Assembly (NCBI GenBank): GCA_045631765.1
Contig: JAZQVK010000027.1
Location: 1-32,371 of the forward strand
DNA: 32,371 bases
Direction: 5' to 3'
DNA from: Eubacteriales bacterium
GTDB taxonomy: Bacteria; Bacillota; Clostridia; Oscillospirales; CAG-272
The translations under genes were made by a program, and so were the position numbers. A model generated the notes under the pieces. The model was not told the origin of the DNA. It did not search any database and worked only from the letters and a program-made list of their open reading frames with translations. Positions 1 through 7,478 of the stretch are shown one piece after another (within the stretch, counting starts at the first letter, position 1; the number at the start of each line of letters is the position of its first letter).

Positions 1-141
1 CTTGCCGCCGCCGAGGAGGCCGTGCCGGTGGTATAACAAAAGAGAGCAGCTGCAAGGGTGTTGTCCTTATCGGAGAATTATGATAGGGATATGGCATAGC
101 CCGATGCATTTGTAATACAAATGCGAAACAGACGATAAAAA

Positions 142-185
142 CAGAAGAGAGAGTTTCACGCACTTCCGTGAAACTCTCTCTTCTG
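142..185 (-). terminator. Intrinsic terminator-like hairpin (19-bp perfect stem)
   Basis: CAGAAGAGAGAGTTTCACG (142-160) pairs perfectly with CGTGAAACTCTCTCTTCTG (167-185), with a 6-nt loop. On the minus strand the hairpin is followed by TTTTT (plus-strand A5 at 137-141). It lies distal to the hairpin array downstream of the 412..1509 gene. Confidence 0.5.
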
Positions 186-194
186 CTTTCTATG

Positions 195-362
195 AGTGAT
201 ATTCTTTGCTTTCGCAAAGAGTGATATTGCCCTTCGGGCAGTGGTATTGTTCGGCTTCGCCTCACAGTGATATTCTATTCGCCCTAAAACTCACGTAGCG
301 AATATCACTGGGACGAAGTCCAAATATCACTGCGTAGCAATATCTCTCGCCAAGGGCGAATA
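195..362. repeat. Word-hairpin array L1
   Basis: AGTGATATT occurs at 195, 220 and 266, with variant AGTGGTATT at 240. Its reverse complement AATATCACT occurs at 301 and 323, with variant AATATCTCT at 339. The words are separated by mini hairpins: CTTTGC-TTTC-GCAAAG 204-219, GCCC-TTC-GGGC 229-239, GGC-TTC-GCC 253-261 and GGAC-GAA-GTCC 311-321. TATTCGCCC 277-285 pairs with GGGCGAATA 354-362. Confidence 0.6.
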
Positions 363-367
363 GAACT

Positions 368-395
368 GGCGTTGTGTCCTTTAGAACACAACGCC
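368..395 (-). terminator. Hairpin immediately downstream of the URO-D-family gene (weak terminator candidate)
   Basis: GGCGTTGTGT (368-377) pairs with ACACAACGCC (386-395), with an 8-nt loop. It sits 17 nt after the stop at 412. The trailing U-tract on the minus strand is poor, hence the low confidence. Confidence 0.35.
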
Positions 396-411
396 ATACC
401 TGCACGGTTTT

Positions 412-1509
412 TTAATATACACCATATTTGTGCGCTGCCTGATACATGGTGATCAGGTTTTCAACGGGGGTGTTATCCTGGATCTCGTGGGTCGGGGCAA
501 AGTGGTAGCCGCGCACCGGCATCATGACATCCAGCGTTTCGCGGCAGACCTGCTCGGTCTCCTCGGCGGTGCCGTAGGCCAGCGGGCCGGCGGTGGAGAT
601 GCAGCCGCGGAAATTCAAGCGCCCGCCGAAATGCGAGGCAAGGTACTGTGGGCTCATGTTGGCGGCCTCAGGCTGCAAGGTATCTACCCCGCGAACGCCC
701 AGCTCGATAAAATCCTCATACACCCAGCTGCTGCTGCCACAGGTATGCACCAGGGTGGGCAGGCCGTAGCTGGCGGCCAGATCGACGAACTGCTTGTGGA
801 TAGGCTTAATCTGCTGCCTATACAGATCTAAGCTGATCATAGGGGCGATCTGGGTACCCAGATCCTCACCAAGCCACACGAAATCAAGCTGGCCCTTGCA
901 CTTATCAATCGTGCGCTCCATCATGCCCAGCTGGAAGGCGGCTCTTCTCTGCACAAAGCGCATGGCTGCCTCGTCATCCAGCATGATGTGGCATAGAATA
1001 TCCTCTACCCCCATCAAGCGGCCGTTGGAGTTGAGCACGTCCGGCACGCCGGGGTTGCCCACGTACAGGCCGTATTGCCCGCCGTAGCTCTTTGCCTGCT
1101 CAAGGGCGATATCGTAATCAAAATCGTCGGGGTTGGGAACGGGAAAACGATCGAACATCTCATCGGTGGCATCCTTGAGCGGGAAATCGCAAAAATCCCA
1201 GTAGCCGCCCGTGCCGTGCGCCACCCAGCGCATAATGCAGCCCTCTAACTGGTCTACGCGCCGGTTTTCCGGCACCGGGAATAGCGGCTTTCCGGTATAG
1301 ACGGGGTTGATCGGTCTGTAATCGACACCAAGTGCCTGATACACCGCCTCGATATCGCTTTCCGGCACGCCAAGTGCCGCGCAAAGCCGGCTGTGAATGC
1401 CGGGGTTAGCCGAATACCCGATGGTTACCCGATCGGTCTTTTCAAATTGAAAGGTTCTCTTAACACGCTCCTTGGCGGTCATGGTCTCCTTGGCTTTGAT
1501 GATCTTCAT
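412..1509 (-). CDS. Uroporphyrinogen decarboxylase (URO-D)/MtaA-CmuA-like family protein
   Basis: 365-aa ORF with SD AAAGGAG about 8 nt upstream of the ATG. The N-terminal 'TAKERVKRTF..EKTDRV' and the C-terminal 'GVDTLQPEAANMSPQYLASHFGGRLNFRGCIS' follow the URO-D-family pattern. The family call is from memory, not a search. Confidence 0.8.
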   Translation of the reverse strand: MKIIKAKETMTAKERVKRTFQFEKTDRVTIGYSANPGIHSRLCAALGVPESDIEAVYQALGVDYRPINPVYTGKPLFPVPENRRVDQLEGCIMRWVAHGTGGYWDFCDFPLKDATDEMFDRFPVPNPDDFDYDIALEQAKSYGGQYGLYVGNPGVPDVLNSNGRLMGVEDILCHIMLDDEAAMRFVQRRAAFQLGMMERTIDKCKGQLDFVWLGEDLGTQIAPMISLDLYRQQIKPIHKQFVDLAASYGLPTLVHTCGSSSWVYEDFIELGVRGVDTLQPEAANMSPQYLASHFGGRLNFRGCISTAGPLAYGTAEETEQVCRETLDVMMPVRGYHFAPTHEIQDNTPVENLITMYQAAHKYGVY

Positions 1510-1546
1510 AGGACAAGCTCCTTTCCATACGCTTTTATTATACCAC

Positions 1547-1575
1547 GCCTGCTTGTGCTTGTATATAGGGCGGGG
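1547..1575 (-). promoter_or_regulatory. Candidate sigma-A promoter for the 412..1509 gene
   Basis: On the minus strand: TATACA (1570-1575), a 17-nt spacer, then TGG-TATAAT. The -10 hexamer is at 1547-1552 with an extended TGn. The -35 matches the consensus at only 4 of 6 positions. Confidence 0.4.
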
Positions 1576-1693
1576 TTGCTTTCTCTTTGCCGCGCGGGCA
1601 ACGAAACCACAGACGGCTCATTCCGCCTTCTGCACCCCGCCTCTCTCACTATGCGGCAAAATCGCTCACGATCGGTCTCCTTGTTATCGTGTA

Positions 1694-2047
1694 TCATTCG
1701 TTTGCCGAATCGCGTACCGCACGGTACATCGCGAGGATGTTTTCGGGCGGCACGTCGGGCATGATGTTATGCTCTTGGTTAAAGACAAAGCCACCGTCTT
1801 GATGAAAGACGTCGATCATCCGGCGGCAATGGTCATAGACCTCGGCAGGGGTGGCGTGGTTGAGCATCGTTTTGGTATTGCAGCCGCCGCCCCAGAAGGT
1901 GATATCCTTACCAAACTCGCGTTTTAGCTTCTCGGCCTCCATCCCGTAGGCAGAGGTCTGCACGGGGTTGAGGATGTCGTAGCCCGCCTCGATGAGGGCG
2001 GGGGTCTTGTGAGCGATGGCCGCCAGCACTCTTTCTCTTGCTGTCAT
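1694..2047 (-). pseudogene. Internally deleted URO-D-family paralogue (117-aa remnant)
   Basis: The ORF joins a URO-D-like N-terminus (MTARERVLAAIAHKTP) directly to the last ~100 aa of the family. That C-terminal part (LIEAGYDILNPVQ...FGKDITFWGGG...NIMPDVPPENILAMY) aligns by eye with the C-terminus of the 365-aa neighbour. About 230 central residues are missing. It still has SD AAGGAGAA and abuts the stop of the upstream gene. Confidence 0.6.
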
Positions 2048-2058
2048 CTTACTTCTCC

Positions 2059-3168
2059 TTATTTCAAATATACGGTATATTCCTTCAGCACGTCCGTCTG
2101 GGCGTAGTACTCGTGCTTACCGGTATTGCGGATATAGAAAACAACGCGGTCGGGGTAGACCTCAAAGACCAAAAACTGCGCCAAGGTGGGCGTGGCGGTA
2201 TGCGGGTGGTAGCTCACCTGCTCCTCGCCGCCGTAGCCGCTCATACCGTCCTCTTCAAAATACTGGCGGCCGAACGGGCGCAAGCCACCCATATGGACGA
2301 AGGAATAGGCGTATTCCTTCCCACGCGAGTCGCTTGCCTGTAGGTTAGCATCCAGCGGCGTGCCACCCTCATCCATGTGCAGCACCGCGCCGGAGGAAAA
2401 ATCCCGGTAGCAGGAGGTCTCGCCGTGCACGTGGCCGTACAGGTAAAAGGCGTTTTGGTGCCCCCGAAAGATCTCGTAAAACAGCGTGTGGTCACCGTTG
2501 ATCATGGTCTCGGTCAGCTTGCCGTTTGTATAATAATAGTTGGCCGACAGGTGCCCGACCACAAAGACCGTTTTTTTACCATCCGGGTCTATCTCGTCCA
2601 GCTTGTTTTTGACCCAGCGCATCGTTTCATCGCTGTAATACCCCTCGTGCGAGTTGAAGGCGGTATCGGGATGGATATTGATGCCGATGAAATCTACCCC
2701 GTTCACCACGTAGTGAAAGGCGCCAAGATAGCGCTCGCCCGGCTTTTCCTTCGCCGTAAGCGGCAGGCACTCATCATCCGCAAGCGGGTCGAAGGCCTCG
2801 TCCATCAGATCGTAAAAATCGGTGGTGTTATACGGCTCGTTTTCCGCGGTGCCGATGTCACCGAGGATCATATCGTTATTGCCGGCCACGTACAGCACCC
2901 GGCCGCCCTTCACGCTTTCGGCAATGCAGGCGTGCATCTTCTGCTTCAGGTCTAAAAAGTTCTTCTTGGGCAGCGCGCAAGACTTGTTCCAATGCGGGTA
3001 GTCTGAAATATTGTCTCCGCCAACCAGCGCCACGTCGGCCATGCCGAACTCGCGCATCGCCAGCTCCCTTGCCTGCACGAGCGATCTTCTGACCGTGGTG
3101 GGGTAATCCAGCATGGATTGCTGGTTGTGGATATCGGTAAAGCAAAAGCCGGTTAGTATTTTTTCCAT
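2059..3168 (-). CDS. Calcineurin-like metallophosphoesterase
   Basis: 369-aa ORF carrying the metallophosphoesterase motifs: DIH near the N-terminus, GDNISD, GNND, a GH at 'VVGHLS', and GHVHG. SD AGGAG lies upstream. Confidence 0.8.
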   Translation of the reverse strand: MEKILTGFCFTDIHNQQSMLDYPTTVRRSLVQARELAMREFGMADVALVGGDNISDYPHWNKSCALPKKNFLDLKQKMHACIAESVKGGRVLYVAGNNDMILGDIGTAENEPYNTTDFYDLMDEAFDPLADDECLPLTAKEKPGERYLGAFHYVVNGVDFIGINIHPDTAFNSHEGYYSDETMRWVKNKLDEIDPDGKKTVFVVGHLSANYYYTNGKLTETMINGDHTLFYEIFRGHQNAFYLYGHVHGETSCYRDFSSGAVLHMDEGGTPLDANLQASDSRGKEYAYSFVHMGGLRPFGRQYFEEDGMSGYGGEEQVSYHPHTATPTLAQFLVFEVYPDRVVFYIRNTGKHEYYAQTDVLKEYTVYLK

Positions 3169-3290
3169 TTCGCGGCATCTCCTGTGTCGGTCGTTCTGGA
3201 GCGCATGCTCCTTTTTTATATCATATCACACATATATGCAAAAAGCAAGAAAAAGAAAAGCCGGCTTTTTCGCAATTTACACTTTTCTTC

Positions 3291-3319
3291 TTGACACAGG
3301 CTGTTTTCTATAGTAAACT
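3291..3319 (+). promoter_or_regulatory. Candidate sigma-A promoter for the beta-helix gene
   Basis: TTGACA (3291-3296), a 17-nt spacer, then TAAACT (3314-3319). SD GGGGAGGA follows, 6 nt before the ATG at 3350. Confidence 0.45.
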
Positions 3320-3349
3320 TTAGGTATCAAGCAGTTTGGGGAGGACAAT

Positions 3350-5059
3350 ATGGTCTACTACATAAGAGATTTTATCAAGGACGAGGAAAATTGCACGCCC
3401 GCCTTCGTAGAGGCGATCGACAAAATGGCGGATGGTGATACGCTCTGCCTTGGCGGGGGAACCTTCCGGTTTCGCCCAGAGGGGGCGTTTATCAAGACCT
3501 ACTATATGTCGAACAACGATGGCGGTGTAAAACCCATCGTGATGCCGATCATCGGCAAAAGGAACGTAACGATCGACGGCGGTGGTGCCACGCTCATTTT
3601 CAACGGAGAAACACTTCCCGTGGTTATCGACGATTCCGAGAATATTTGTCTGAAAAACCTTTCTATCGACTACGCCGTACCGATGTACGCGCAGGCAGAG
3701 ATCGTGGAGGCGCGTGACGACCGAACGGTGCTGCGCTTTGACGGCAAGCAGTTTTTCTGCCGCGTGGACGAGGAGGGCAACTGGTGCTTCCATAGCCCCT
3801 GTGACGGCTGGGAATATCATCGAGAAGAGGCACTCGCGCTCCAGTTTGAGCCGGACGGCAAGCCCTCTGCGTATTCGCGCCCTTATTTCCCCTACAGCGG
3901 CAAGCCCAAGGATCACGGCTTCCTTGGCGGTATGTTCCTTGACGTCCGCCTTGAGGAGCTTGGCGAAAATCTGATCGCCATGCATGCGGATTTCAAAGGC
4001 TTTCACGCCGGGCACACGGTGGGTGGCAGCTTTATCATGACCTACGCCGGCCGCGAGTTCCCCGGCATATTCGTAAACGATTCTAAAAACGTAACTATAG
4101 AGGAGATCACGCTTTATCAGACGATCTCGATGGGGATCATCGCGCAGACAACCGAGAACATCCGGCTCCACAAGGTGGTCGCTGTACCGAGAGCAGACCT
4201 TGGCAGAATGCTCTCGACAGGCGCTGACGCCACGCACTTTGTCAACTGCCGCGGTAAGATCGAGCTCTCGCATTGCAGCTTTACCAATATGATGGACGAT
4301 GCGGGCAACGTACACGGAAATTATCATTTGTATCTTGCAAAAGAAACGGAAAACACCCTGCTTCTCGGCTTCGGCCACTATCAGCAGAAGGGCGTGCTTA
4401 CCTACCGGGTGGGCGATACTGTTGACGTGATCGACAGCGAGACGAATGAGATCGTAGCGGAGGCGAAGGTGGTCGCAGCTTCGCTTGTTGATATTGATCA
4501 TATCCGGCTCACGCTTGACAGAGAGATTCCCGCCCCCACGAATGACCATTGGGTCACCGAGAATATCACCACCGCACCCGAGGTGCATATCCACCACACC
4601 ACGTCGGGCTTCAACCGCCCCCGCGGCTTCCTTTTGAGCACGCGAGGCAAGGTGCTGGTTGAAAAGTGCAAATTCTCGAATATGAATCAGGGCATTCAGC
4701 TTTCGGGCGAGCTTTGCGACTGGTATGAGTCGGGCGCGGCACTTGACGTGACGATCCGCGACAACGATTTTGAAAACAGCGCCTATGCGGGCGGTGTAGC
4801 GATCTACAGCTGCCCACGTCTCCGCGCGACGGATAAAAACAAGGAGATCATCTATTCCGGCAGGCTTGTCGTTGAGGGCAATCGCTTTGAGCAAGCCGAG
4901 AAGAGGATCCTGGAGGTCGCACACGCGAGAGAGGTTGTATTCCAAGACAACGTTTTCATAAGAAACGATACCCTGCCGCCCCACGCCCCTTACGGCGAGA
5001 CGGGGATCCGCTTCCAGCATTGCGGCAAGGTTGCCATTGAGGAAGCAAAAGAGATTTGA
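3350..5059 (+). CDS. Right-handed parallel beta-helix repeat protein (possible glycoside hydrolase or polysaccharide lyase, GH110-like?)
   Basis: 569-aa ORF with a strong SD and no signal peptide. Short periodic beta-helix-like segments recur (NVTIDGGGATL, ICLKNLSID, NVTIEEITLY, VEKCKFSN, VTIRDNDFEN, VVEGNRFE). It is the only plus-strand gene. The subfamily call is uncertain. Confidence 0.7.
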   Translation: MVYYIRDFIKDEENCTPAFVEAIDKMADGDTLCLGGGTFRFRPEGAFIKTYYMSNNDGGVKPIVMPIIGKRNVTIDGGGATLIFNGETLPVVIDDSENICLKNLSIDYAVPMYAQAEIVEARDDRTVLRFDGKQFFCRVDEEGNWCFHSPCDGWEYHREEALALQFEPDGKPSAYSRPYFPYSGKPKDHGFLGGMFLDVRLEELGENLIAMHADFKGFHAGHTVGGSFIMTYAGREFPGIFVNDSKNVTIEEITLYQTISMGIIAQTTENIRLHKVVAVPRADLGRMLSTGADATHFVNCRGKIELSHCSFTNMMDDAGNVHGNYHLYLAKETENTLLLGFGHYQQKGVLTYRVGDTVDVIDSETNEIVAEAKVVAASLVDIDHIRLTLDREIPAPTNDHWVTENITTAPEVHIHHTTSGFNRPRGFLLSTRGKVLVEKCKFSNMNQGIQLSGELCDWYESGAALDVTIRDNDFENSAYAGGVAIYSCPRLRATDKNKEIIYSGRLVVEGNRFEQAEKRILEVAHAREVVFQDNVFIRNDTLPPHAPYGETGIRFQHCGKVAIEEAKEI

Positions 5060-5080
5060 TTGGCAACACGCCTTGTTTCA

Positions 5081-5262
5081 GCGTAGTGCCCTTAAGCACT
5101 ACGCCATGAATGGCACAAGCGGTGCGTGAATTGCCTTCGGCATGAAGGAACAGAGCCATTCAATTCATGAAATCGGTAGCTTTCAAATCATGAAGCCGCA
5201 AGGCTTCTATTCACGGCGGCTTGCCGTCAATTCATTTTTCACATTTGCATACACAAATGCAG
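5081..5262. repeat. Word-hairpin array L2
   Basis: A 9-bp hairpin GCGTAGTGC/GCACTACGC lies at 5081-5104. The word C(A/G)TGAA follows at 5105, 5125, 5141, 5166 and 5189, with complements TTCACG at 5210 and TTCATT at 5231. Interspersed mini hairpins are GCAC-AAGCG-GTGC, GCC-TTC-GGC 5133-5141, GAAGCC-GCAA-GGCTTC 5192-5207 and ACGGC-GGCTT-GCCGT 5213-5227. The array ends with CATTTG-CATACA-CAAATG at 5242-5259. Confidence 0.55.
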
Positions 5263-5313
5263 TATTTCGTATGCCTTCATTAAGAACTACAAAACCAATT
5301 GCAAAGTAACGCA

Positions 5314-5346
5314 AAGGCACTTATGGCAAACCGCCATAAGTGCCTT
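5314..5346 (-). terminator. Terminator-like hairpin after the endonuclease gene
   Basis: A 14-bp perfect stem AAGGCACTTATGGC / GCCATAAGTGCCTT with a 5-nt loop. It lies 14 nt downstream of the stop at 5360 on the minus strand. The trailing sequence is only moderately T-rich. Confidence 0.5.
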
Positions 5347-5359
5347 ATCTTAATGAATG

Positions 5360-6183
5360 TTATTTGCCATTAAATCCTAAATAACTACTGAACCCAAGCA
5401 TATAGGCTGCCATAGCAATAGCTAAATCCTCGGACTCCATATTCTTTTCTGCTGCCAATGCCTTTAATTCGTCAATTACAGTATCGTGAGGAACTATCGT
5501 GCTATCCAATTCTTTAACAGCCTTTTCGATAACAGACGGGAGCGCCATACATAGTTGATAGAAAGCATCCTCTTGACCTGTAACGAGCGCATAAAATTGA
5601 TCAAGACTTACTCTACGAATGAGTTTGTGACCAACTTTCTTTTTATCAACGGTTGTTTCCCACTTGATATTTTGAGATCGTTTTGCAATTACTTCTACTA
5701 AAAAACATGCACAATCATCGTCATTTAATAACTGATTTTGCATTTTAATAAAGGTTTTTCCTGAAGCCGCATCATTCATTGTGTTATGCTTGTTTTTCAT
5801 TTCTACATAAACGGTATGAACTATTCCTGCGTCAGGAATTGAAATGCCATCCGCATTTTCGTAAATTACATCCCATCCACCTTCTTCCCCGTTGGGGGGA
5901 CGTGGCAATTTTTTATGTATTGAAAAATGCGCTGATGAAAATACCCGATGTCATTATTGTTTGATTTGTCGCGTTGGCGGAATATTTCATTACTTACAAT
6001 TTCTTCCCAAGTAGCATGATAAACGGTTTTATCAAAAATCAACTTAATGGGGTCAATTGTATTTTTATTAAATCTTTTGAGATTGAAAGACTCCAATTTC
6101 TTATCATATTGCTGAATGGTTTCTTTTACGTGCTTTGAAAATTCGTCTTCACTAATAAATGATAAATTCCACATTATAAACAC
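5360..6183 (-). pseudogene. Type II restriction endonuclease, Eco47II-like family, disrupted by a 1-nt frameshift
   Basis: Two overlapping ORFs (5866..6183 and 5360..5908) together resemble one ~274-aa Eco47II-family enzyme. Recognisable segments are 'LSFISEDEF', 'IDPIKLIFD', 'IGYFHQRIF', 'GWDV...VEMKNKHNTMN' and 'FYALVTGQEDAF..LPSVIE'. The frames switch inside a C6 run (plus-strand G6 at 5894-5899). One extra C restores ...NCHVPPNGEEGGWDVIY... The gene overlaps the upstream methyltransferase by 10 nt. The family call is from memory. Confidence 0.6.
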
Positions 6184-7403
6184 TCCAATGCTTCTTTAAT
6201 TTTTACTGCTATATCGTACGCCAAATTTACCGGAACGGCATTACCAACTTGCTTGTACTGTTGTCCTACGCTACCGCAAAATTGCCAATCATCAGGGAAA
6301 CTTTGGCAACGAGCATTTTCTCTGATTGTAAGTGGACGAGGCTCCAATGGGTGGCAACGATCGGTTTGCTTTTGGCTTGGAGAAGTCAAAACGGCAAGGG
6401 AGGGTTCATCAAGGCTCAATCTTCTTAAAATACCTGTTCTTCCACCTTCCATATACCAACAACTTTTCATATATTCTTTTGCCACATCTTCTGGTATATC
6501 TCTCCAGTAACCGCCGGGAGGAACTAATTCAAAAATTTTACGTTTATATGCAGAATAAGGTGTACCTTCGCTTTTAGGACAATCAAGCAAAACATCTCTT
6601 AATACAGGCTTGTTCTTGTGCGGAATAGGAAATTCAAAGGAGGTCTTTCCGACAAGATCATTTCTTATACCAATAGTGATAAGTCTCTCTCTTTTTTGTG
6701 CAACACCGTAATCCCAAGCATTCAAGACCTTTTTTTGTATACTATACCCTGTACTTTCAAATATATCGGTAATGGTTTTATATGTGCGTCCTTGATCGTG
6801 GGTCAGCAAGCCTTTAACATTTTCGAATAGAAACATTTTTGGTTGTAATTGTTCCAAAAATTTTGCATAATGATAAAAAAGTGTTCCGCGTGCGTCTTCT
6901 AACCCCAACCGCTTTCCAGCATACGAAAAGCTTTGACAAGGTGCTCCACCCGAAAGCAAATCAAGCTCGCCCTTTTGCAAACCAAAATACTCGTTTAAAT
7001 CAAGACATGATATATTGGCAATATCATCATTTACAACACGCCAATTAGGACGATTGCACTTTAATGTATCGGCGGCATCCTTATCAAACTCAATAAGTCC
7101 TATTGTGTCAAAACCCGCTTTTTCTATACCAAGAGCCAATCCGCCAGCACCAGCAAACAACTCAATGGTTGTGGGTGCTTTTATAGGTGTCACCTTTGAC
7201 GTTTCAGGTATGACTTCAATTATATCGCCGACATTGCAATCTAAAGCAATACATATTTTTTCTATGCTATCAAAAGAAATAGTTTCATTTCTTCCCATAC
7301 GTGCCATAACATTAAAGCTGATACCAGCGGCTTCTTTTAAGTCTGTTTTGTTCATATTTCTATCAATGAGTAATTTCCAAAGATTGTTATAACATACAGC
7401 CAC
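6174..7403 (-). CDS. DNA (cytosine-5) methyltransferase with an N-terminal XRE-type HTH domain
   Basis: 409-aa ORF with a GTG start. The N-terminal ~65 aa are HTH-like (NKTDLKEAAGISFNVMARMGRNE). The canonical C5-MTase motifs follow: FAGAGG (I), GGAPCQSFS (IV), ENVKGL (VI), QKRERL (VIII), and RPLTIRENARCQSFPDDW plus GNAVPV (IX/X). Confidence 0.9.
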   Translation of the reverse strand: MAVCYNNLWKLLIDRNMNKTDLKEAAGISFNVMARMGRNETISFDSIEKICIALDCNVGDIIEVIPETSKVTPIKAPTTIELFAGAGGLALGIEKAGFDTIGLIEFDKDAADTLKCNRPNWRVVNDDIANISCLDLNEYFGLQKGELDLLSGGAPCQSFSYAGKRLGLEDARGTLFYHYAKFLEQLQPKMFLFENVKGLLTHDQGRTYKTITDIFESTGYSIQKKVLNAWDYGVAQKRERLITIGIRNDLVGKTSFEFPIPHKNKPVLRDVLLDCPKSEGTPYSAYKRKIFELVPPGGYWRDIPEDVAKEYMKSCWYMEGGRTGILRRLSLDEPSLAVLTSPSQKQTDRCHPLEPRPLTIRENARCQSFPDDWQFCGSVGQQYKQVGNAVPVNLAYDIAVKIKEALECL

Positions 7404-7449
7404 GATATTTTCTCTCTTTCAAAACAAATACACAAAAATGGTTATTTGC

Positions 7450-7478
7450 ATTATAGCATATTTTAGCACAAAAATCAA
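7450..7478 (-). promoter_or_regulatory. Near-consensus sigma-A promoter of the R-M operon
   Basis: On the minus strand: TTGATT (7473-7478), a 17-nt spacer, then TGC-TATAAT. The -10 is at 7450-7455 with an extended TGn. A 6-bp inverted repeat CAAATA-N12-TATTTG (7425-7448) sits between the -10 and the start codon. Confidence 0.55.

Noticed and set aside
1-36. Possible 3' end of a plus-strand CDS (LAAAEEAVPVV*) at the window edge
   Set aside because: Only 11 codons are visible, so there is no way to support coding status or a product.
195-362. Possible CRISPR array. The same question applies to 5105-5236 and 8826-8913
   Set aside because: The repeats are only 6-10 nt with a 16-26-nt period. 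The 'spacers' are themselves self-complementary hairpins, both orientations of the word occur, and there are no cas genes. This is not CRISPR.
3320-5020. 566-aa ORF on the minus strand, almost as long as the beta-helix gene it overlaps
   Set aside because: It is an antisense shadow ORF of a GC-rich gene. It has no SD, an Arg/Ala/Val/Leu-rich low-complexity-like composition and no recognisable motif. The plus-strand ORF has a strong SD, a promoter and beta-helix-like repeats.
5360-6183. Treating 5866..6183 and 5360..5908 as two independent small genes
   Set aside because: The downstream ORF would need a TTG start with no SD. The two parts read as contiguous halves of one endonuclease family, and the frames meet inside a homopolymer. 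A single frameshifted gene is the simpler reading.
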